Shown in pieces: positions 28,343 through 36,632 of a DNA stretch of 64,000 nucleotides. Below the pieces are notes generated by a model. That model saw nothing but the letters and a program-made list of their open reading frames with translations. It was not told the DNA's origin and made no database searches. Each line of letters starts with the position of its first letter. Position 1 is the first letter of the stretch. The stretch spans positions 96,001 through 160,000 of the forward strand of contig JBHLOY010000006.1 of the NCBI GenBank assembly GCA_048939995.1, read 5' to 3'. Origin of the DNA: Promethearchaeota archaeon. GTDB lineage: Archaea; Asgardarchaeota; Lokiarchaeia; Sigyniarchaeales; SOKP01. The position numbers and the translations under genes are program-made.

Positions 28343-29026
28343 TTAAACATCTGGAAACTCCAGAGCTTTTGATTTACCACCACCCATCATCTGTTCAAAG
28401 CCACCGGATGCTTGAGTTTGCAACTTAAAAATTCTTTGGATGATAGTATTCATTCCAAAGCTACAGAGAAAATACCATGCCGTAAAATTAATCCATCCGT
28501 GGTATGGTTGAATAATTTTATACATATTATAAAATGCCAATGTCCAATCTGGAGCTGGTGGTCCCCCAGTAAATGCTGCTATTATTCCTCCAATAAATGG
28601 TATATCATTTGCATTCATAGGAGATAATGCGACTGGTATAGGTATATTGTCTGGTCTAAACACAAAGTTTACAATCGTAAATATTATTATCATTGGTAAA
28701 AAAGTGATACATGTGGGCTTTATACGCTGGAGTGACATTCTCTGCTGAGTCTGTTTAAACATACTGTCTTTACGTTCCCATCTTTTGCGAAGCTTTCTAT
28801 ATCGTTCAACATCCGTTTCTGCTAATTCTATAATCTTAGATTTTTCTTCATTATGAGCCTTTAAAGCTTTCTGTTTCCTATTCATCTCATCAATATCAGT
28901 TAGCCATTTTGTCAATCCTGTGCTTAACAATGCTGTTGCTGTAGCTAACAGTAAAACAAAAAACATTGCACCAGGGGGATAACTAAACCACCCTAGAGGG
29001 TAATCTTGAAAAATTATTAGTAACAT
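28343..29026 (-). CDS. DUF106/EMC3/TMCO1 family (Oxa1 superfamily) membrane protein
   Basis: TM, coiled coil, KPTCITFLPMIIIF...WYFLCSF; lies downstream of secY. Confidence 0.88.
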   Translation of the reverse strand: MLLIIFQDYPLGWFSYPPGAMFFVLLLATATALLSTGLTKWLTDIDEMNRKQKALKAHNEEKSKIIELAETDVERYRKLRKRWERKDSMFKQTQQRMSLQRIKPTCITFLPMIIIFTIVNFVFRPDNIPIPVALSPMNANDIPFIGGIIAAFTGGPPAPDWTLAFYNMYKIIQPYHGWINFTAWYFLCSFGMNTIIQRIFKLQTQASGGFEQMMGGGKSKALEFPDV

Positions 29027-29123
29027 AGATAGTGTACAATATATTCAGTCTTATTTTAAATTTTTTAGTGATTCGATCATCTTCAAAATTGACCGAAATT
29101 AAGAGGAAAAGAAATAGCGGTAC

Positions 29124-30578
29124 CTAATCCAGCCCAAGGAAGCTTCGCATGCCAGGGTATTGGCTTGCAGCCACCTCCTTCGCGATTGTTTCTGAATATT
29201 GGTGAACGATGCCGATAGCGATTAAGAGTCCCGTACCTGAAGTCAGTGCTCCTAATGAATCGGCGAAAAAGCTCATGCCTGCGATGATGATTCCGTTGAT
29301 AATAACTAAAGTGGGAATGTATCTCTTCAAAATTCTTTCAATTATACGCTCTGAACTTCTAAATCCTGGAACACTCATGCCAGAATCGAGAATTTGTTGG
29401 GCGATATCGCGTGGTGCTAATCCTGAAACTTCAACCCATAGACGGCCGAGCATTACACAGAGGAAAATGAATATCACTAAATATATGACGGCTCTTAAGG
29501 GATCTTGGAGCAGTGCGTCAATTCCTTGGGGCGGTGAGAGATAATATAATAATCCCCCTGTCGGAAGTAAATATTGTCCTTGCTGGATACCTTCCGTACG
29601 TGGTTCAAATACTCCAATGAGATTTAGCCAAAATTGAGTATCTGCATTCCGCAAAGCGGAATCAGGACCCGCAATTAATTGCCCAAAGAATAATAAATTT
29701 GCATATAAAGCATTCACTAATATTACGGGAATATTAGATACATATAGCAACTTCATTGGATATTTTCCTCTAAAACCCCTATATCCTCTATATGTCAGAG
29801 GTATTTCCACTCTAGTCGATTCAAGCCAAATAACAATAACAAAAATAATTAATGTAGTAATCCCCCCTAAAATTGAAGGTAATTGCCCTCTTTGAAAAAG
29901 TGAGGCAGTATCTAAATCAGGATTGGTAAATGATTCAAAAAACGCAACGACAATACCTCTTGCTCCTTCTGGAGTGTTTAAACCATAAAAACTGAAGCAA
30001 TTTACAAATATTTGTCCTGCCACTCCAGCTGCTATGAATAAAGAGACTCCACTTCCCAGACCCCATCCTTTTTGCAATAATTCATCTAAGAGTATTATGA
30101 TAATTCCGGCGAATAATAGCTGTAGAAGAATAAATGTCTGTGTTGCAATACCTAAACCAGGACCAAAAGCTCCCCCTATAATATATGCAACAGCATTAAA
30201 TATGGTTAAAAACATAGCCATTACTTTTTGGGAACCGCTAAACATAGCTCTATCATAAGGATCACTCATATCCACTTTAATTATTTTTGAACCGAGTAAT
30301 AACTGCATTACTAAACCAGCAGTAACTATGGGACCAATTCCTAGTTCTGTTAACGTTCCTCTTTGACTTGCTAAAATTACTCTTAACCAATAATAGTAAT
30401 CGGTTGTTTCTGAGAGATTTACACCATATATTGGAATACTAGATAAAATGATATAAATGATTAAAACTATAGCAGTCCAAATGAGTTTTTCTTTGAAACT
30501 TACTTCTCTTTGGGGTTGTTTTAACTCCGGCATTATCCGTACAAATGGAGAAAAAAACTTTAGAAATTTACCTCCCAT
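29124..30578 (-). CDS. secY: Preprotein translocase SecY/Sec61-alpha
   Basis: GTLTELGIGPIVTAG, GWGLGSGVSLFIA, YPMKLLYVSNIPVIL and SGTGLL motifs. Confidence 0.97.
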   Translation of the reverse strand: MGGKFLKFFSPFVRIMPELKQPQREVSFKEKLIWTAIVLIIYIILSSIPIYGVNLSETTDYYYWLRVILASQRGTLTELGIGPIVTAGLVMQLLLGSKIIKVDMSDPYDRAMFSGSQKVMAMFLTIFNAVAYIIGGAFGPGLGIATQTFILLQLLFAGIIIILLDELLQKGWGLGSGVSLFIAAGVAGQIFVNCFSFYGLNTPEGARGIVVAFFESFTNPDLDTASLFQRGQLPSILGGITTLIIFVIVIWLESTRVEIPLTYRGYRGFRGKYPMKLLYVSNIPVILVNALYANLLFFGQLIAGPDSALRNADTQFWLNLIGVFEPRTEGIQQGQYLLPTGGLLYYLSPPQGIDALLQDPLRAVIYLVIFIFLCVMLGRLWVEVSGLAPRDIAQQILDSGMSVPGFRSSERIIERILKRYIPTLVIINGIIIAGMSFFADSLGALTSGTGLLIAIGIVHQYSETIAKEVAASQYPGMRSFLGLD

Positions 30579-30767
30579 TCTGTATCAATACCTTCATTTT
30601 TATTGAGAAGTCTAATTTATACAATAATTTTACTTTCGTGCTTGATAAATGTAAATAATAAAAAATTAAATTTAAAAAAAAGTTTTTGATCAAACTGATT
30701 TTTTTAACAAATTTCGAGGATAAAAAATAAAAAATAGGGTAAAAAAAAAATTTAATTCAGATTTGTT

Positions 30768-31055
30768 TCAGAAGAGCGAACCAATTCCAGTAGGTTCTTC
30801 TTCCTCTTCTTCCTCTTTCTTCTTTTCTTCTTTCTTTTCTACTTTAGGTGCTGCACTTGGGGCCGCTATAACAGGAGCAGAGCCTGTGGATTTAATTATA
30901 TCCTCAATTTTGACCTCTTTTAAACCTGCTATAAGTTTAGTCAGTTCTGTCTTATCGACTTTAGTACCTGCAGCCTCCAAAACCTTCTCTAAGTTTGCTT
31001 CTGTAATCTTTTTATTGGCTTTATGTAGCAGTAAAGCAGCGTAAATAGATTCCAT
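30768..31055 (-). CDS. rpl12: Ribosomal stalk protein P1 (aL12)
   Basis: MESIYAALLLH and acidic tail EEEEEEPTGIGSLF. Confidence 0.95.
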   Translation of the reverse strand: MESIYAALLLHKANKKITEANLEKVLEAAGTKVDKTELTKLIAGLKEVKIEDIIKSTGSAPVIAAPSAAPKVEKKEEKKKEEEEEEEPTGIGSLF

Positions 31056-31119
31056 ATCTTATAACCTCCAATTCTTAATTTCAATAATTTTTAACTTTAT
31101 TAATTTTAATTTGAAAAAT

Positions 31120-32013
31120 TCAGCCAAACAAACCTCCTATCCCAACTTCTTCCTCTTCTTCTTCTTCCTTTTCAGGTTTTTTTACTTCAGCTTTAGGTTC
31201 TTCTTTAGGAGCTACTTGTATTCCTTCTCCAAATATAATTGCATTTAGCAAATTAGCATTCGCAACCGCTTTTTGGATATAGTATTTTGTCATATCTTCA
31301 AATAAAACGGGGATTTCAAAGAGGATTCCAAGAGCCTCTCTATAAGCTTTTGATAAATCTTGTTTAAACTGATCTACATTCATATATAGAATATCTTCTG
31401 GTATTATCTCACCATCACTCCACGCAGAATGTATTTTGATTAAAGATTCAATAGGTTTAATCCCCAATTTTTTTAAAACTGCTGCCTGTTTAACATCAAC
31501 AACATCTCCTGCTTTATGCGTTCTGGTATCTTCTCTTATCCAAATCGTATCATTTTGTATTCTAGTTGGCAGTTTTAGAGTCATATTTAATTCTGATATA
31601 ACTTGACCAGTAGGTAATCCTGTATCTCCTGCTGGAACCCAAATATCTACTGGAGTTACTTCATCTGGTTTAGCTGGAACCATCCATTCATTTTCATTAA
31701 AAACCTTCTTTAACTCAAAAATATCCATATTTGTGAAGCATAAGGCTGATTGTCCTGGAATATTTTCTGCAAATATCTCTAAGTTTAGCTTTTTTGACTC
31801 CTTTTTGTATTCCTCTATCGCTCTTAACTGTAGATTTTTTTTAGACATTCTAATAACAGCTTTTCCTCTTAGAAGTTTTCGGGTTTCTTGAATTTGTCTA
31901 TCGTTTAAATTAGCAACTTCAATTACAGCGATATTCTTATTATTCTTAAACAAATCTATTAAGCTACTAACTTCATTTTTCTTCCATTGTGGAATGGTTT
32001 TTTTTCCAATCAA
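31120..32013 (-). CDS. rpl10: 50S ribosomal protein uL10 (P0)
   Basis: IPQWKKNEV, PAGDTGLPTG, LKKLGIKP and tail EEEVGIGGLFG. Confidence 0.95.
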   Translation of the reverse strand: MIGKKTIPQWKKNEVSSLIDLFKNNKNIAVIEVANLNDRQIQETRKLLRGKAVIRMSKKNLQLRAIEEYKKESKKLNLEIFAENIPGQSALCFTNMDIFELKKVFNENEWMVPAKPDEVTPVDIWVPAGDTGLPTGQVISELNMTLKLPTRIQNDTIWIREDTRTHKAGDVVDVKQAAVLKKLGIKPIESLIKIHSAWSDGEIIPEDILYMNVDQFKQDLSKAYREALGILFEIPVLFEDMTKYYIQKAVANANLLNAIIFGEGIQVAPKEEPKAEVKKPEKEEEEEEEVGIGGLFG

Positions 32014-32017
32014 TCTG

Positions 32018-32746
32018 TTACACCTCTATTGATTTTAAATATTGTTCATCAATTTTAATAGGATGCCCCATAGTAGTTTTCAGATACATAGATTTAATAT
32101 TATTATACTTATGGGGCATTTGCTCAGCAATATAATCAACTACAGCTTTCAAATTTTCAAAAACATGTTCTTTTTCCATCGACTTTTTTCCAATTTTGAC
32201 TTGTATTTGAGGTTGTTTTTTTAATTGAATTCGAATAGCTTTTAAATATCGCTCTATAGCAACTTTTAAATCATCTGGATTAGAAATTATTCCATATCCA
32301 CTAGGGAAAGGTTTTGGCATTTTACCAACTGGGCCTAAAAATCGAGCAAGATATCGAGCCAAGTTTGGCATCATTTTATCTTCTACGACAAAAAAATCGT
32401 ATTTTTTAACAAATTTCTTTTTATATTTTTTTTCTTCGTTATTCAATTTAATTAAACCCTCTTCATCCAGAGTATCTAAACCTAATTTCTTTGCTTCTAA
32501 GAGAATGTCATCTGAAGCGACAACACATATATTTGGATTTTCGGAGATAATAACATTGTTAGGTAAGAGGACTTCTTTATCAATTCTCTGTTTTGGGTCA
32601 TTCAAATTTAGATCTTTAAGATTAATGATAAAATCTATGCTTTCATCAAAATTTCTAACCTTGTCCTTAAAACCTTTTTTTTGTTTCACTGAAAATTTAA
32701 TTGCTGCATTTAATGATTTTCTTAACATTTTATCGTCTAATTTCAT
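32018..32746 (-). CDS. rpl1: 50S ribosomal protein uL1
   Basis: RNFDESIDFIINLKD, LGPVGKMP and YLKTTMG motifs. Confidence 0.95.
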   Translation of the reverse strand: MKLDDKMLRKSLNAAIKFSVKQKKGFKDKVRNFDESIDFIINLKDLNLNDPKQRIDKEVLLPNNVIISENPNICVVASDDILLEAKKLGLDTLDEEGLIKLNNEEKKYKKKFVKKYDFFVVEDKMMPNLARYLARFLGPVGKMPKPFPSGYGIISNPDDLKVAIERYLKAIRIQLKKQPQIQVKIGKKSMEKEHVFENLKAVVDYIAEQMPHKYNNIKSMYLKTTMGHPIKIDEQYLKSIEV

Positions 32747-32749
32747 TTA

Positions 32750-33284
32750 TTAAATCTCACCTTTTATTTGATCATCAAAATCCCCATTATCAATTTTTTT
32801 CTGAATTTCTCGTGGATCCTTTCCTTCAACAGTAGCCCCTATCGATAGCACTGTACCTAATACTGTTTTTAAGGAATTTTTAAACGTTTTATCTAAGAAT
32901 CTTTCTTTTTTAGCAATCGCAACAGCAATTACTTGTTCCAATGTTAAATTACCAATCTTTGTTTCTGAAGCTGAAGCACTTCCTTTCTCAACACCCAATT
33001 CTTTCAGAAGAAGGGATGCAGTACTTGGAGTTTCAACAAAAATTTCAAATTGCTTAGTTTCGGGATCACATTCAATCCTAACTGGAACTGTTAATCCCTT
33101 AAAGATCATAGTTTTCTCATTGACAGCATCGACTACATCTTTAATGTTTATACCTGTTGGGCCTACGGCTGGACCTATAGGTGGCCCTCCTGACGCATTC
33201 GGGGTTTATTCTAAATGAATATTAAATTATAACTCTCCCACCAGTCACAAGAGCCTTTACAATTAATTTTCCTTTAGTACTCAT
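32750..33284 (-). CDS. rpl11: 50S ribosomal protein uL11, two exons (33284-33235 and 33197-32750) joined across a 37-nt BHB intron; 165 aa
   Basis: Exon 1 MSTKGKLIVKALVTGG and exon 2 ASGGPPIGPAVGPTGINIKDVVDAVNEKTMIFKGLTVPVRI are in different frames. The splice joins AG|T to give GG-S-ASGGPP. GGTGA ribosome-binding site at 33291-33295. Confidence 0.9.
33198..33234 (-). other. Bulge-helix-bulge intron in the uL11 mRNA
   Basis: Minus strand reads TGGG-AG^A-GTT...AAC-CCCG-AA^T: 4-bp helix UGGG/CCCG, 3-nt bulges AGA and AAU, intron stem GUU/AAC. The intron contains an in-frame TAA. Confidence 0.85.
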
Positions 33285-33514
33285 GCAATTTCACCGTTTT
33301 GCTTGATTATTTAGTAAAAAAATATACTTAAAAGGTCAAGAACGTAAAATTAAATTCGTTGTCAATTTTTATTCCAATATGTTTTATATCGAAACCGCTT
33401 TAATTTGCGTCCTAAGTCTTTTAAAAGTATATTTTGAACTTAGTATGAGAAAAAATGTATAAAAATTAATAAGTTTTATTATAATGTCTAAAGGGTCGAA
33501 TAGAAATTTATAGG

Positions 33515-33715
33515 TTAAAATCTACAACATAATCTTCTGCCATAATCTAGATTTTTTTTAAAAAACTCATCTGATAAAAATTCCATAATTTGGTCATAAT
33601 TAAAATTAGTTTTAAAGTTGGAATTTATCTGTTCAGGAATTTCCTTAACTTCTAACCCAGGAATGGCTATTAGTCTAAAGATTTCTTTTTTTATTTCTTC
33701 AGTTATTTCTTCCAT
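33515..33715 (-). CDS. Small hypothetical protein
   Basis: 66-aa ORF ending RRLCCRF; co-oriented with neighbours. Confidence 0.55.
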   Translation of the reverse strand: MEEITEEIKKEIFRLIAIPGLEVKEIPEQINSNFKTNFNYDQIMEFLSDEFFKKNLDYGRRLCCRF

Positions 33716-33779
33716 TATAAAATTGTTATTTATTTAGATAAATAAATGTGAGCCTTAATTTTAAAAATATATTTTAGAC

Positions 33780-34454
33780 CTAAGTTTCTTCTAAAATGAC
33801 CTTGTGTGTGATTCTGCCAATTTTCTCAATCGATGCTTCAATTGTATCTCCTGGTTTAATAGGTGATATTCCACTTGGAGTCCCTGTTGCTATGATATCC
33901 CCTTTTTCTAAAGTCACAAATTTCGAGAGATATTCTAAAATTGCTGGGATTTTAAAAATCATATATTTAGTGTTGGAGGACTGTCTAACCTCATCGTTTA
34001 CTTTTAATTCAATATCAAGATTATGGGGTTCTTGAATCTCATTAACATCTTTTATAATAGGACCTATAGGTGCGAAAGTATCAAAATTTTTACTTCTATA
34101 CCATGGCAAATTAATATTTCTATCAGCTATTTGCATATTTCGAGCGGTTAGATCAAGAATTATGGTATAACCTTGAATATATTCAAATGCAGATTTAGCT
34201 GGAATGTGTTTGCATTTCTGATTTATGATAAATGCAAGTTCAACCTCATGATCCACCCTATTAAACTCTTTATTGTCAAATAATATTTTTGGGTAAATGA
34301 TTGACTCATTATTCATTATGAGTGTATTTATAGTTTTAACGAAGAAAACTGGTTCTTTAGGTATAGGCGCTTCTGTTTCTTTAATATGTTCTAAATAATT
34401 CCTTCCCAGACATAATATTTTTGTGGGATTAATTGAAATATTCCCAATTTTCAT
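33780..34454 (-). CDS. Fumarylacetoacetate hydrolase family protein
   Basis: CLGRNYLEH, DHEVELA, KNFDTFAPIGP and GDIIATGTP motifs. Confidence 0.93.
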   Translation of the reverse strand: MKIGNISINPTKILCLGRNYLEHIKETEAPIPKEPVFFVKTINTLIMNNESIIYPKILFDNKEFNRVDHEVELAFIINQKCKHIPAKSAFEYIQGYTIILDLTARNMQIADRNINLPWYRSKNFDTFAPIGPIIKDVNEIQEPHNLDIELKVNDEVRQSSNTKYMIFKIPAILEYLSKFVTLEKGDIIATGTPSGISPIKPGDTIEASIEKIGRITHKVILEET

Positions 34455-34463
34455 CTTTAATAA

Positions 34464-35138
34464 TCACTCTCCTTCTAAAATTACTTTATTTGTAAGTGTA
34501 CCAATGTTTTCGATTTTTGCTTCAATTAAATCACCTGGATTGATTGGACCAATACCTCCAGGGGTTCCGGTAGCGATAATATCTCCTGACTCCATCGTAA
34601 AAAATTTACTAATATATTCTAATAATTTTGGAACTTTAAATAATAAATGTTTTGTGTTCGATGATTGTTTAATTTCTCCATTTACCTTTAATTCAATTTT
34701 TAGATTATGAGGATCTTCAATGCTTTTAACATCTCGTATAATTGGGCCTATAGGCCCAAATGTATCAAAAGATTTTGATCGGAACCAAGGTAACTTAGAA
34801 ATTATATCTTTAGCTTGCATTTTACGTGCTGTAACATCATTAAATACGGTATATCCAAGAATATATTTATAAACATCATTAGCAGCTACATACTTGCATC
34901 TAGTTTTTATAATGAATGCTAATTCAACCTCATAGTCAACTCGGTTATATTTGCGATTCTGATATAACCATTTAGGATAAATAATTGGTTCTCTATCTAA
35001 GATCAAACAATTTGGAGTTTTAGGGAATAAAACAGGCTCTTTTGGGATTTCTAATTTTGTTTCTTCAATATGGTCCATATAATTTGTACCAACGCAAATT
35101 ATTTTAGTAGGTTCAATGACTTTATCTCCAATTTTCAT
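34464..35138 (-). CDS. Fumarylacetoacetate hydrolase family protein, tandem paralog
   Basis: CVGTNYMDH, DYEVELA and KSFDTFGPIGP; ATG at 35138 is preceded by GAGG. Confidence 0.93.
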   Translation of the reverse strand: MKIGDKVIEPTKIICVGTNYMDHIEETKLEIPKEPVLFPKTPNCLILDREPIIYPKWLYQNRKYNRVDYEVELAFIIKTRCKYVAANDVYKYILGYTVFNDVTARKMQAKDIISKLPWFRSKSFDTFGPIGPIIRDVKSIEDPHNLKIELKVNGEIKQSSNTKHLLFKVPKLLEYISKFFTMESGDIIATGTPGGIGPINPGDLIEAKIENIGTLTNKVILEGE

Positions 35139-35320
35139 GACCTCATTTATCTCCTTAAGATAATTACATTTTAACAACAAAAACATTCTAATCTTTACTA
35201 TTTGAAGAAAAACCAACTATATGCATCTAAATAACGTTTAAATTTTAAAGATAATTAATTTTCAGAAAAGTATAATTGGTATTGAAAATATATTTTATAG
35301 ATTAATTATATAACATTTTA

Positions 35321-35878
35321 ATGATTATGAGTGAGAGAGATACTAGATTCACGTTAAAAGTTGCAATGTGCGCAATTTTTATAGCTTTAGGAGTTGTGTT
35401 AAGTTATTTTAATCCTTTTGCATATATTTTAATATTTGGTACTAGAATTAATCCTTTTGCCCATCTTATCAACGCTATGACAGGTGTTTTAATAGGTATA
35501 AGTTTTTCATGCACTACTGCTTTAGGAATAGCAATAATACGATTTTCAGCAGGTATAGGGACAATACATGCTTTTCATGGAGGAATTTCAGGAGCATTTA
35601 TAGTAGGTATTATTGCTTACTATTTAAGAAAAAAGAAACCTGAATATAGTAATTTATCAGCTCTATGTGAACCAATTGGTACTGTCTTTATAGGAGGGAC
35701 TATTGCATATTTAATCGCGCCTATTGGTGAATCTATAATAGCAGGATTAATTACTTATTGGTGGTTATTCTTTTTAAGTTCTCTTACAGGGAGCATTATA
35801 GGTTTTGTAATTTTGATATTGTTGAAGAGGGTAGGATATAGTTGGGAAACCTTTTTTTTTAAATTAAATACCGTTTAA
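35321..35878 (+). CDS. thiW: ECF S component ThiW (thiazole/thiamine precursor)
   Basis: PFAHLINAMTGVLIG, GIGTIHAFHGGISGA and EPIGTVFIGG motifs. Confidence 0.8.
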   Translation: MIMSERDTRFTLKVAMCAIFIALGVVLSYFNPFAYILIFGTRINPFAHLINAMTGVLIGISFSCTTALGIAIIRFSAGIGTIHAFHGGISGAFIVGIIAYYLRKKKPEYSNLSALCEPIGTVFIGGTIAYLIAPIGESIIAGLITYWWLFFLSSLTGSIIGFVILILLKRVGYSWETFFFKLNTV

Positions 35879-35887
35879 ATCCTTTTT

Positions 35888-36472
35888 ATGAGATCATTAA
35901 ATAATTTTGAGTTTCAGAAATTTATTGGGCAACATACTCTATTATATGGAGAAAATAATACTCAAAAAACCTATTTAACAGCAAAATTTGTGGAATTTCT
36001 ATTTAATTTAAAAGAGTTTAAGCCTAAAGAAATTTCTATTTTAGATTTTGCCCCAAAATTAACTTACATTAACAATTTAAAAGTAGGAGGCCTAATTAAA
36101 GACTGTTTCAAGGATAGTAAAAAATGTAATTATATTAAATTCAAGGGAGAAATAATACCCCCTCGACTAAAAGCAAGAAATAAAGACGAGTTATATAAAA
36201 ATTTATGTCATAATTATAAAATAGTGTCAAATATCTTACAAAAATTTAATGAAAATCCTTCCTCTATTTTAATAATGAACGATATATCAATTTACCTCCA
36301 TTTGGGAAGTAAGAATTACATTTTAAATACAATTTTAAAAACAAATACCTTTTTTGGTAATTCATACTACGGATATTCGATTAAAAAAGATTTTTCAAAG
36401 CTATTAACTATTAAAGAGCGCAAACGAGTTGAGTTTTTAGCTAGGAGACTGAAAAATGCAATAAAAACATAA
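35888..36472 (+). CDS. Degenerate P-loop NTPase-like protein
   Basis: TLLYGENNTQKT (Walker A-like with G to Q), ILDFAP, ILIMNDISIYLH. Confidence 0.55.
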   Translation: MRSLNNFEFQKFIGQHTLLYGENNTQKTYLTAKFVEFLFNLKEFKPKEISILDFAPKLTYINNLKVGGLIKDCFKDSKKCNYIKFKGEIIPPRLKARNKDELYKNLCHNYKIVSNILQKFNENPSSILIMNDISIYLHLGSKNYILNTILKTNTFFGNSYYGYSIKKDFSKLLTIKERKRVEFLARRLKNAIKT

Positions 36473-36632
36473 TTTTTCCAAAAAAACCCCACGCATAAAA
36501 AAATCTAAAATTCTAAGAGTATTTTCAAAAATATCATAGAATCTCACTCTTTTTATAAAAAATTAGGGATAGACTTAAATTTTTAACAAATAAATTTTAT
36601 AAATATAAATTTTAATGTTTTTACGATAAAAA

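Noticed and set aside
28025-28428. ORFs 28025-28333 (-) and 28240-28428 (+)
   Set aside because: They overlap tRNA-Ser and neighbouring genes and are spurious translations of the tRNA.
33190-33245. GGUGGGAG at the uL11 exon 1 end resembles the L1-binding site of 23S rRNA (possible autoregulatory mimic)
   Set aside because: The partner strand (GAAAUACCACC-like) is not evident, and the match is explained by Gly-Gly codons.
32750-33284. uL11 as a frameshifted pseudogene or a programmed frameshift
   Set aside because: The break is a 37-nt insertion with BHB geometry whose rule-based excision restores the frame and motif spacing exactly. Both exons are otherwise intact and there is no slippery site.
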